Shown here piece by piece: positions 55,967 through 64,000 of a stretch of DNA of 64,000 bases (position 1 is the first letter of the stretch; the number at the start of each line of letters is the position of its first letter). This DNA is from Deltaproteobacteria bacterium (GTDB lineage Bacteria; Myxococcota; Kuafuiibacteriia; Kuafuiibacteriales; Kuafuiibacteriaceae). The DNA lies in assembly GCA_040218735.1 (NCBI GenBank), contig JAVJQW010000041.1, forward strand, positions 224,001 to 288,000. The letters are read 5' to 3'. The notes below the pieces were generated by a model. The model did no database searches and was not told the origin of the DNA. It saw nothing but the letters and a program-made list of their open reading frames with translations. Made by a program: the position numbers and the translations under genes.

Positions 55967-57232
55967 TCAACCCGGGAGGACAAACGTGTGTTCGAGGAGG
56001 ACGGTGTCTTCGGCGTCTCGACCCGTGAGCCGGACCTCGATCTCGTGCGTGCGGTCCTCGACTTCGACGAGTCCAAACTGCCCGCGCCCCACCGCGACGC
56101 CGTGGCTGTAGGGGCCGCCCTTTTCGGAGCCGCCCTGGTCGAGCGCGGCGACGTGGAACACCGGGAACTGCGCGTGGCCGGCGTGGCCGTAGCGGTTGTT
56201 GCGGCCGTCGTCGATCGCGAGCATGTGGGCGTCGCCCGCGAGCATGAGGACGTTGTCGATGCCGTGCTCCGCGAGGAACAGCGCGAGCTCGGCGCGCTCC
56301 CCCGGGTAGCCGGGCCAGGCGTCGTCGTCGAGCGTGGCGCCGATCCACCCGACCGGGCTGACCCACACCACCAGCGCGTAGCGGCCCTTGCTCGCGAGGA
56401 GCTCCTCCTTGAGCCACGCCTTCTGTTTGGCGCCGAGCATCGTGCGGTAGCGGTGCGCGACGCCGCGTGGGGTGCGTTGGGATCGGCAGTCCGTCATCAA
56501 GAAGCGGACGCGCCCGACGGTGAACGCGTGGAAGACGCCGGTCTCGGAGATCAGCGGGTGGTGCGGGACACACGCGCGGTACGCGGCGTTGGCGGCGTTG
56601 CGGCTCGCGGACGTGCGGTCGGAGTTGTTGCGTCCGAAGTCGTGGTCGTCCCAGACGTACGCGACGGGGACCTCGCGGTAGAGGCTCGACTGCGACTTGC
56701 TCGTGAGCACCACGTCGTACGCGGCGCGGAAGCGCGCCTCGGAGTCTTCGTCGATGTCTTCGTAGTGGAGGTCGCCGAGCTGCACGAACACGCGCGGATC
56801 GTGACGGCGCATCGTCTCGAACACGGGGTGCGCGCTGCCGGTTTCGCAGCAGCTCCCCGCGACGAATTTGAACGACGTCGGTCGTTCTTCCGGGAACGTT
56901 CGCACCGCACCGATCCACTCCGCGCCGGTGTCCGCGCGGACGTGCAACGGGTAGCGGCGGTCGGCGTCGAGGTCGGTGAGCTCGAACGTGAAGACGCCGC
57001 GATCGTCGCGCCGCACGGGCGAGACATGTCGGTCACGGTCGACTTCGAGTGTGGCGTCGACAGCACCCTCGAAACGCGTCACGACCTTCGCGCCGCTCGT
57101 CGTGACCGCGCCGGTCCAACCCCACGACAGGCGCGGCGGGAGCGTCGACGGCACCGTACGGCAGCCTACGGCCGCGATCGCGGCGGCCCCGAGCACCTGA
57201 CGACGCGTCGTGCGCACGCGGCTCGAAATCAT
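55967..57232 (-). CDS. phoD: PhoD-family alkaline phosphatase, Tat signal
   Basis: TRRQVL; GSC; LGD.HY.D; WDDHD; D.RS; MLG..Q..WL; GD.H. Confidence 0.88.
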   Translation of the reverse strand: MISSRVRTTRRQVLGAAAIAAVGCRTVPSTLPPRLSWGWTGAVTTSGAKVVTRFEGAVDATLEVDRDRHVSPVRRDDRGVFTFELTDLDADRRYPLHVRADTGAEWIGAVRTFPEERPTSFKFVAGSCCETGSAHPVFETMRRHDPRVFVQLGDLHYEDIDEDSEARFRAAYDVVLTSKSQSSLYREVPVAYVWDDHDFGRNNSDRTSASRNAANAAYRACVPHHPLISETGVFHAFTVGRVRFLMTDCRSQRTPRGVAHRYRTMLGAKQKAWLKEELLASKGRYALVVWVSPVGWIGATLDDDAWPGYPGERAELALFLAEHGIDNVLMLAGDAHMLAIDDGRNNRYGHAGHAQFPVFHVAALDQGGSEKGGPYSHGVAVGRGQFGLVEVEDRTHEIEVRLTGRDAEDTVLLEHTFVLPG

Positions 57233-57386
57233 TCGGAGTCGGACTGGGTCAACTCGTGTCCCGACCCGTCCGTCCAGCGGCGCGCGCTCGACTGACGGAC
57301 AGTACAAAGATCCGTGAGCAAACTCGGTGAGTTGTGGCTGAAGCGCGTATTGACGCTACACGCGGCTGAAACGCTACCGTGAACGC

Positions 57387-58589
57387 GTGAAGTCGAAGCT
57401 CGCCCACCCCGGTTTGTTCCTCGTCGCCGTCCTCGCCTGCGTGCCGGATCCCATCCAGCCGTCGAGCCCGGTCGTGCGTGATCCCAACGCTCCGTCGAAC
57501 CCGTCGAACCCGAGCGACGACCCGATGGACACGAAAAAGCCCGTCGACAAACCGGCCGTCGTCACGTCGCTGGTGATCACCCCCGCGGAGGTTTCGTTGG
57601 CCGCCGGAGAGTCGGTCACGCTCACCGCGTCGGCGACCTACGACGACGACACGATCGCCGACGTCACCGCCGACGTGACGTGGGGCGTGAGCGACGGTGC
57701 GCTCGGAGTGTTCGACGCTGCGCCCGGGATGTTCCGCGCGACGGCCGAAGGTGTCGCGACGATCAGCGCGACACACCCGTCGGCGTCGGCGTCCATCGTC
57801 GTTCCGATCACGCCGCCGGTGCTGACTTCGCTTCGCCTGGATACGACCGCGCCATCGCCCGTCGTGCTCGGCAAGGGCGAGACGCTCCAGCTCGAAGTCG
57901 TCGGCGTGTACGGCGACGGGACCGAGGAGTCGCTGACGGACGTCGTCGCGTACGGCGCGACGACGACCGCGGTGACCGTCGATGCGCGTGGGCTGGTGAC
58001 CGCGGTCGGGCTCGGTCCGGCGACCGTCGTCGCGACGCACGAATCGCTGGAGGCCACGCTCGATCTCGAAGTGCAGTGCGCCTACCCGCCGGGTGCGCCG
58101 ACTTCGATTCGCAACGGACAGATGGTCCCGAACCTCTCCTGGTCCACCGTCTACGACGCGTCCGGAAACGAGGTCGAGTTCGACCTCGAGTCGGCGTACT
58201 GCGGCGCGCCCGGATTCGAAGGGGTGAAGTCGATCGTCTTCGTCATCGGCGCCGGGTGGTGCCCGTACTGCCCCGACTACATGCGCAACGTGAACAACCG
58301 CTTCGCCGACATCGAGGCCGCGGGGGGCATGGTCGTCTACGTGGAGATCGAGGACTCCGGTCGCCGCCCCGCCGGCAGCGACTACGCGCTCGACCACATC
58401 AACGACATCATCGGCGCGGGGCCCGGCCTCCGCGTGGGCGACGGGGACACCAACCCCTCCCGCGCGATCGGGCGCGCGAGCTTCGTGACGTCGCTCCCGA
58501 ACCAGTTCGTGGTCCGCACGAGCGACATGAGTGTGATCGACACCGGGCAGACCAGCATGACGAACCTCCTGCGGCTGATCGATCTGTAG
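57387..58589 (+). CDS. Lipoprotein with two Big_2 Ig-like domains and a thioredoxin-like domain
   Basis: LAC lipobox; ATY.D....DVT...TW Ig repeats; AGWCPYC. Confidence 0.8.
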   Translation: MKSKLAHPGLFLVAVLACVPDPIQPSSPVVRDPNAPSNPSNPSDDPMDTKKPVDKPAVVTSLVITPAEVSLAAGESVTLTASATYDDDTIADVTADVTWGVSDGALGVFDAAPGMFRATAEGVATISATHPSASASIVVPITPPVLTSLRLDTTAPSPVVLGKGETLQLEVVGVYGDGTEESLTDVVAYGATTTAVTVDARGLVTAVGLGPATVVATHESLEATLDLEVQCAYPPGAPTSIRNGQMVPNLSWSTVYDASGNEVEFDLESAYCGAPGFEGVKSIVFVIGAGWCPYCPDYMRNVNNRFADIEAAGGMVVYVEIEDSGRRPAGSDYALDHINDIIGAGPGLRVGDGDTNPSRAIGRASFVTSLPNQFVVRTSDMSVIDTGQTSMTNLLRLIDL

Positions 58590-58628
58590 GCTGGACGACG
58601 GCCCGCCGACGCGGTCCTATGGCGCCCG

Positions 58629-58928
58629 ATGAAGACTGCGATCGGACGTCTGCGCACCATCGGCATGATCGAAGGTGTGTCCTTCCTGGTGCTCCTCGGA
58701 ATCGCGATGCCGCTGAAGTACCTCGCCGGCCAACCGATGGCGGTGAAGATCGTGGGTTGGATCCACGGTGTCCTCTTCGTGGCGTTCTGCTACGCGCTGC
58801 TGCGCGCGAAGATCGAGAAGAACTGGGGCATCAAGGAGACCGCCATCCCCTTCATCGCTTCACTCGTCCCGTTCGGGCCGTTCGTGATCGACCGGCGCCT
58901 GAAGTCCATGGAAGACGATGCCGCCTGA
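58629..58928 (+). CDS. DUF3817 membrane protein
   Basis: EGVSFL.LL.IAMPLKY, GWIHG.LF, S.VPFG.F. Confidence 0.9.
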   Translation: MKTAIGRLRTIGMIEGVSFLVLLGIAMPLKYLAGQPMAVKIVGWIHGVLFVAFCYALLRAKIEKNWGIKETAIPFIASLVPFGPFVIDRRLKSMEDDAA

Positions 58929-59424
58929 GCTCGACGCCGACGCCGACGCCCACCCGCTCGTCGCCACGCCGACGATCCTGAAGGCCGGCGCGAACCGGCT
59001 GCCCGGACCGGCGGGAGAGCGACGCCCCACCGGTACCTTCGGCCGTCGCAGCACCGAGACCATGCTCGCGATCGGCGAGGCGATCTTCTCGACCTCCGAC
59101 CGCCCGTGTCCTCCTGACCGCATCGACTACCTGCGCCGCGAGCTCTGTGACCTCATGGGGCGGGCCGCGCCGCGCGGTCGTCTCCTGTTCAAGCTCGGTG
59201 CGTTCGCGGTGTCGGTGCTCGCGCCGCTCCTCGTCGGGCGGCTCCCGCCGTTTCGTCGACTGCCGCTCGACGTGCGCATCGCGGCGCTGCGGAAGATGGA
59301 AGCGCGCCCGATCGGCGCGGTGCTGATCGCCCTGCGCGCGGTGTTGTGCCTGCTCTACTACGAGCACCCGGACGCCGCGGCGGAGATCGGGGTCCGCGTC
59401 ACGGAGGGAGGGCGCCTCCAGTGA
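58918..59424 (+). CDS. Hypothetical partner of the GMC oxidoreductase (gluconate-dehydrogenase subunit 3-like)
   Basis: PF..L....R...L ... YYE.P.....IG pattern; overlaps the GMC start. Confidence 0.65.
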   Translation: MPPELDADADAHPLVATPTILKAGANRLPGPAGERRPTGTFGRRSTETMLAIGEAIFSTSDRPCPPDRIDYLRRELCDLMGRAAPRGRLLFKLGAFAVSVLAPLLVGRLPPFRRLPLDVRIAALRKMEARPIGAVLIALRAVLCLLYYEHPDAAAEIGVRVTEGGRLQ

Positions 59425-60938
59425 ACGTCGTGCACGGACGTGATCACGCGGGCGACCTGGAGATCACCACGGAGGTCGTCGTGGTGGGCTCGGGCGCGGG
59501 CGGCGCCGTCGTCGCGGCGACGCTCGCCGAGGCGGGCATGGACGTCGTCGTGTTGGAGGAGGGCGGCCACGTCCGCTCCGAAGAACACGCGCGGATGCGG
59601 CCGAGTGAGTCGCTGCGCCACCTGTGGCGCGACGCCGGGTTCACGATGGCGATCGGCCTCGGTCAGTCGCCGATGATCAACGTGATGATGGGGCGGTGCA
59701 TCGGCGGCTCGTCCGCGCTCACCGGCGGCGTGTGTTTTCGCATCCCCGACGCGGTGCTCGCCGACTGGCGCGCGCTCGGGCTCTCCGACTTCACCCCCGA
59801 GCACCTCGAGCCGTTCTACGACGACGTCGAGACGAACGTGCACGTGGAGGAGGTCCCGGTGCAGGCGCGCTCGCGGTCGACGCAGCTCTTCGGGGAGGGC
59901 GCCGAGAAGATGGGGTTCTCGCTCGAGAGCATGCGCCGCAACACCAACGGCTGCGTGGGGTGGGCGACCTGCAACTTCGGTTGCCCCGAGCGCGCGAAGA
60001 TGAGCGTCGACATCAGCTACATCCCGCGCGCGATGAAGGCGGGCGCGGTGGTGCACTCCGATTGCCTCGTCGAACGGGTGCTGACGAAGGGCCGTCGCGC
60101 GGTCGGCGTCGCCGGTCGTGTATTGAATGGACCGAGCGGCAAGCCCGGCGGGCGCCTGCGTGTGAACGCCAAACGCGTCGTGCTCGCGTGCGGCGCGATG
60201 TTCACACCGCTGGTATTGAAGGCGAGCGGGATCGGGAAGCGGAGCGGGCAGGTCGGGCGGAACCTCACGCTGCACCCGGCGTTTCGGATCATGGCGCGCT
60301 TCGACGAGCGGGTCGCCGGTTGGAACGGCGCGCTGCAGAGCGCGTACTCGTCGCACTTCGAGCCGGACGGCATCCAGCTCAACAGTGTGTTCGTGCCGCC
60401 GGCGATCCTCGCCGCGACGCAGCCGGGGATCGCGGACGACCACGTCGCGCGCGCGAAGACGCTGGAGCACCTCGCGATCTTCGGAGCGAACCTCCACGAC
60501 GAAGCGGGCGGCGTCGTGCGGCGCGGGCTCGGTCGCGAGCCGATCGTCACCTACCGCATGGCCAAGAAGGACGCCGCCGCCGTCCCGAAGGCGCTGCGCA
60601 TCGCGGGCGAGACGTTCCTCGCGGCGGGCGCGAAGGAGCTGTTCCTCCCGGTGCTCGGTCTGGAGGGCCTCACGCCCGACGCGTTCCGCGCGCTGGACCT
60701 CGAGAAGATCTCGCCGAAGCGGCTGGAGTGCACCTCGCAGCACCCGCTCGGCACGTGCCGCATGGGCGTGGACGCCAAGGACTCGGTGGTCGACGACCGC
60801 GGCCAGTGCTGGGACGTCGAGGAGCTGTTCGTCACCGACGGCAGCACCGTCCCCACGAGCCTCGGCGTGAATCCGCAGCTCGCGATCATGACGCTCGCGA
60901 CGCGCTTCGCGCAGCGCATGGCGGACCGCCGCCCCTGA
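59421..60938 (+). CDS. GMC-family oxidoreductase
   Basis: GSGAGG, GGSS...GG, C.G...C.FGC, VG.NL.LHP, HPLGTCRMG, PTSLGVNPQ; GTG 59421. Confidence 0.93.
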   Translation: MNVVHGRDHAGDLEITTEVVVVGSGAGGAVVAATLAEAGMDVVVLEEGGHVRSEEHARMRPSESLRHLWRDAGFTMAIGLGQSPMINVMMGRCIGGSSALTGGVCFRIPDAVLADWRALGLSDFTPEHLEPFYDDVETNVHVEEVPVQARSRSTQLFGEGAEKMGFSLESMRRNTNGCVGWATCNFGCPERAKMSVDISYIPRAMKAGAVVHSDCLVERVLTKGRRAVGVAGRVLNGPSGKPGGRLRVNAKRVVLACGAMFTPLVLKASGIGKRSGQVGRNLTLHPAFRIMARFDERVAGWNGALQSAYSSHFEPDGIQLNSVFVPPAILAATQPGIADDHVARAKTLEHLAIFGANLHDEAGGVVRRGLGREPIVTYRMAKKDAAAVPKALRIAGETFLAAGAKELFLPVLGLEGLTPDAFRALDLEKISPKRLECTSQHPLGTCRMGVDAKDSVVDDRGQCWDVEELFVTDGSTVPTSLGVNPQLAIMTLATRFAQRMADRRP

Positions 60939-60980
60939 AATCCTGTTGGCCGTCGAGGCCCGCGCCCCCACAATCGCGTC

Positions 60981-61814
60981 GTGCTCGTCGTGACCCCGAC
61001 CATCGTCGACCGCCTGGTTCGCATCGAAGCGGAGAACCTGCGGTCGAGGCTGCAACACTACGTCGACGGGGATGCGAACCCCTGCGGCGTGCACATGAAG
61101 CGCTTCGGCGACGCGACGGCGTTCATCGCGCTCGACATCCCCACGCGGTTCTTCAACTCGGTGCTCGCCGTGTCGCTCGAGACCGCGAAGCACCTCGACG
61201 CGATCAAAGCGTTCTACGCCGAGCACGGCCGCAAGCCGATCTTCGAGATCGCGCCGGGGCGCTTCGACGAGGCGTTCGGCGAAGCGCTCGCGGAGCGTGG
61301 CTACCGCATGGTGGAGTTCCACACCGGCCTCGCCCGTGAGCTCACGCCCGACGACCGCCACCGCGAAGCGCCGGACGTCGAGCGTGTCGACCCGTTCGAC
61401 GCCGCCGCGTTCGACGCGTGGATCGACGTCTTCAACGAGGGGTGGAGCGGCCCGGGTGATCACTCGGGCGCAAAGTCGAACATGCGGAAGTGGAAGGCGA
61501 ACGACGCGTGGCAGTTCTTCCTCGCGCGGGTCGACGGATCGCCGGCCGGCGCCGCGATCCTCGACGTGCAGGGGCCGACCGCGATGATGGGATCGGCGAG
61601 CACCCCCGAGGCGTTCCGAGGGCGGGGGCTCCAGCGTCAGCTCCTCGACCGCCGCATCGCCGCCGCGGCCGAGGCGGGGTGTGATCTCGTGGTGGGGGGC
61701 TCGTACTTCGACAACGTCAGCATGCGGAACCAGCAGCGCGCGGGCCTGTACACGGCCTTCACGCGCGGCATCTGGACCCACCGCGACGACCCGGCGCCGC
61801 CGCCCTCCCACTGA
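60981..61814 (+). CDS. GNAT-family N-acetyltransferase
   Basis: T..AFRGRGLQ..LL..R, S.RN..R.G. Confidence 0.9.
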   Translation: MLVVTPTIVDRLVRIEAENLRSRLQHYVDGDANPCGVHMKRFGDATAFIALDIPTRFFNSVLAVSLETAKHLDAIKAFYAEHGRKPIFEIAPGRFDEAFGEALAERGYRMVEFHTGLARELTPDDRHREAPDVERVDPFDAAAFDAWIDVFNEGWSGPGDHSGAKSNMRKWKANDAWQFFLARVDGSPAGAAILDVQGPTAMMGSASTPEAFRGRGLQRQLLDRRIAAAAEAGCDLVVGGSYFDNVSMRNQQRAGLYTAFTRGIWTHRDDPAPPPSH

Positions 61815-61898
61815 ACGCCCGGTGACGGCCCGCACTCGGGGCGCCGCGCCGCGCGGGATTGCTTCTAGCGGAGGGAACCGTGGGGTAGGCTTTCGCCG

Positions 61899-64000
61899 AT
61901 GCAATTCCGCTCGGCACTCCTCCTCTCCTACGCATCCCTGTGCCTCGCCTGCTCCGGCGACGAACCCGAAGTGATCGACTGCTCCCGCGCGGGCGCGTGT
62001 CAGATCACCATCGTCTCCGGCGACATGCAGACCGCGGAGGTCGGCGCGCTCCTGCCCGACGCTCTGGTGGTCAAGGTCACACACGTCGCGTCCAACACGG
62101 TCCCGCCGCCGGTCACACTCGAATGGACCGCGACCGAAGGCGGTGGCTCCCTCACGCCGGACAGCACGGTGATCGACGGCGTCATGGGTGTGGCCCAGAC
62201 CAACGCCACGATCGGCACCGTCGCCGGCGAGACGAGCAACACGTTCACGGTCCAGATCAAGGACCAGCCCGACTCCGCGATCACGTTCGTCGCCGGCGGG
62301 ACCTCCGGCCCGGCGCGGATGATCGAGGTCGTCTCGGGCAGCGGGCAGACCGCAGAAGTCGGCACCGTCCTCCCCGAGCCGCTCGTGGTCCGGGTGGTTG
62401 ATCAGTATGGCAACCCGGTCGCGGATCGCCGCGTCGCGTGGGTCGCGACGGCGGGGGAAGGCGACGTCGAAGGGGAGAGCGCGGCGTCGGACGAAAACGG
62501 CGAAGTCCGCGCTACGGCGACCCTCGGTGAGATCGCCGGCGAGGAGAACAACCTCTACACGGCGACGTCGCCCCAGCTCCCGGGCTCGGCGCGGTTCACG
62601 GCGACGGCGATGCCCGGGGCGGCGGCGATCCTCGAGAAGATCGACGGCGACCGTCAGGGCGGGACTCGGGGCGAGCTGCTCCCGGTGCCGCTCACCGTGC
62701 AGGTCACGGACCTCCTCGGCAACGCGATCGAAGGGGTCACCGTCGAGTTCGAGGCGGGGGTCGGTGACGGCATGATCGAGTCGGCTTCGGTCGTCACGGA
62801 CGACGAGGGCGCCGCATCGACCATCGCGACCCTGGGGCCCGACGCCGGCGAACACGTGTTCACGGCGACGGTCGAAGGGCTCATGGGGTCCCCGGCGGTG
62901 TTCACGGGCATCGCGTTCCCGCCGATCTGCAGCCCGAACGAGTGGTGCTGGGCCAGCCCGATTCCGCAGGGCAACACCATCCGCGGCTCGCACGCGCTCG
63001 CGCCGGACGACGTGTGGATCGTCGGCGACCGCGGCACGACGCTGCGGTGGATCGGCACCGCGTGGGAGGGTTACCTCACCTCGACGGAGGCGAACCTCAA
63101 CGCGGTGTGGGGCGCCGCGGCGGACGACGTGTGGGCGGTCGGCGACGGCGGCACGATCCTTCGCTTCAATGGATTCTCGTGGACGTCGGTCCAGAGCGGA
63201 ACGAGCCTGAACCTGACCGGGATCGCGGGCGCCGGTCCGAACGACATCTGGGCGGTCGGTGACACCGGGACGCTGCTGCACTGGGACGGCACGAACTGGC
63301 TCGGCGCGCAGAGCCCGACGATGGAGAACCTCAACGGGATCACCAAGGCGTCGGACTCGAACTTCTGGGCGGTCGGGGACCGCGCGGTGACGCTGACGCT
63401 CGCGCAGTCGACGTGGGAGATCGTCGACGTCACGGTCACCAACGAGGACCTCAACGCGGTGCACGCGCTCACCGGGACGGACATCTGGGCGGTCGGCGAC
63501 GGCGACACGTACATCCGCTGGAACGGGACGGTCTGGCTCGCCTTCGCCGGCAACAGCCAGTTCGACCTGCGCGACGTCTGGGGCAGCTCGACTTCGCCGA
63601 ACGACGTATGGGCGGTCGGCGACCGCGGGCGCATTCGCCGCTTCGACGGGTCGCGCTGGAACCCGGTCATCTCCCGCACGGCCGACGACCTCAACACGAT
63701 CTCACCGACCTCGCGGGGGCTCCTCGCGGCGGGCAACGGCGGCCTGGTCATGCGACGCGTCGACAACGAGTGGCAGCCGGAGTCACGCCGTCGTCTGCAC
63801 ACGCTCCAGGGGGTGTGGGGCCCCGCGCCCGACGACGTCTGGGCGGTCGGCGCCAACGGCACGATCCTGCACTGGGACGGGGCCGCGTGGACCGACGCGC
63901 CCGAGATCCCCAACGCGCAGATCTACGCGGTGCACGGCAGCGGAACGGACGACGTCTGGGCGGTCGGCGAGCTGGGCTTCGTCACGCACTGGGACGGCTC
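61899..64000 (+). CDS. Large lipoprotein with Big_1 Ig-like domains and beta-propeller repeats (truncated by the window end)
   Basis: Not in the ORF track because no stop lies in the window. ATG 61899 gives MQFRSALLLSYASLCLAC; SG..Q...VG..LP..L.V.V repeats; L..VWG....DVWAVG..G.I..WDG repeats. Confidence 0.85.
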   Translation, partial: MQFRSALLLSYASLCLACSGDEPEVIDCSRAGACQITIVSGDMQTAEVGALLPDALVVKVTHVASNTVPPPVTLEWTATEGGGSLTPDSTVIDGVMGVAQTNATIGTVAGETSNTFTVQIKDQPDSAITFVAGGTSGPARMIEVVSGSGQTAEVGTVLPEPLVVRVVDQYGNPVADRRVAWVATAGEGDVEGESAASDENGEVRATATLGEIAGEENNLYTATSPQLPGSARFTATAMPGAAAILEKIDGDRQGGTRGELLPVPLTVQVTDLLGNAIEGVTVEFEAGVGDGMIESASVVTDDEGAASTIATLGPDAGEHVFTATVEGLMGSPAVFTGIAFPPICSPNEWCWASPIPQGNTIRGSHALAPDDVWIVGDRGTTLRWIGTAWEGYLTSTEANLNAVWGAAADDVWAVGDGGTILRFNGFSWTSVQSGTSLNLTGIAGAGPNDIWAVGDTGTLLHWDGTNWLGAQSPTMENLNGITKASDSNFWAVGDRAVTLTLAQSTWEIVDVTVTNEDLNAVHALTGTDIWAVGDGDTYIRWNGTVWLAFAGNSQFDLRDVWGSSTSPNDVWAVGDRGRIRRFDGSRWNPVISRTADDLNTISPTSRGLLAAGNGGLVMRRVDNEWQPESRRRLHTLQGVWGPAPDDVWAVGANGTILHWDGAAWTDAPEIPNAQIYAVHGSGTDDVWAVGELGFVTHWDG

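Noticed and set aside
55967-57232. PhoD as part of the polyphosphate operon
   Set aside because: It is about 49 kb away, with no shared regulatory motif seen.
57350-57380. Sigma70-like promoter TTGACG...TACCGT
   Set aside because: 19-bp spacer and a weak -10; not enough support.
59358-63464. 1368-aa minus-strand ORF
   Set aside because: Antisense shadow of the GMC, GNAT and Ig/propeller genes; Arg/Ala-rich with no motifs, as expected at high GC.
62930-64000. Recurring TGGGCGGTCGG motif about every 120 bp
   Set aside because: Encodes the WAVG of beta-propeller blades; a protein repeat, not a DNA element.
1-64000. rRNA, tRNA, transposase, integrase or prophage genes
   Set aside because: None recognised; intergenic gaps are short and show no cloverleaf or terminal-repeat-plus-transposase structure.

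Overview
High-GC, densely coding 64 kb chromosomal segment, most likely from a Myxococcota-type deltaproteobacterium: three MYXO-CTERM-type sorting tails, Myxococcus Cys-rich repeats, many lipoproteins, and ECF sigma/anti-sigma pairs. I support about 56 CDS. I found no rRNA, tRNA, CRISPR array, transposase or integrase. The main candidate for an undescribed system is a six-gene minus-strand operon at 76-6924 (CotH kinase/beta-helix protein, small membrane protein, VTC polyphosphate-polymerase domain, DUF4956, porin, Omp85 barrel) that could make polyP, export it and use it for extracytoplasmic phosphorylation. The second candidate is a seven-gene plus-strand cluster at 30706-37628 (coiled-coil protein, NMT1-type binding protein fused to OmpA, ABC permease and ATPase, TM/coiled-coil protein, heme-oxygenase-like diiron enzyme, B-box/TPR/retropepsin protease). 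Other notable items are an AckA-PduL fusion with no microcompartment genes, an AAC4-like lipoprotein, a MYXO-CTERM protein with a possible Cys-His-Asp triad, a trypsin with dockerin-like repeats, a probable CTG-start decarboxylase, a P450 lacking its I-helix acid, and candidate ECF promoters. All family calls come from recognising motifs by eye; no searches were run. Several start codons were moved from the ORF track.
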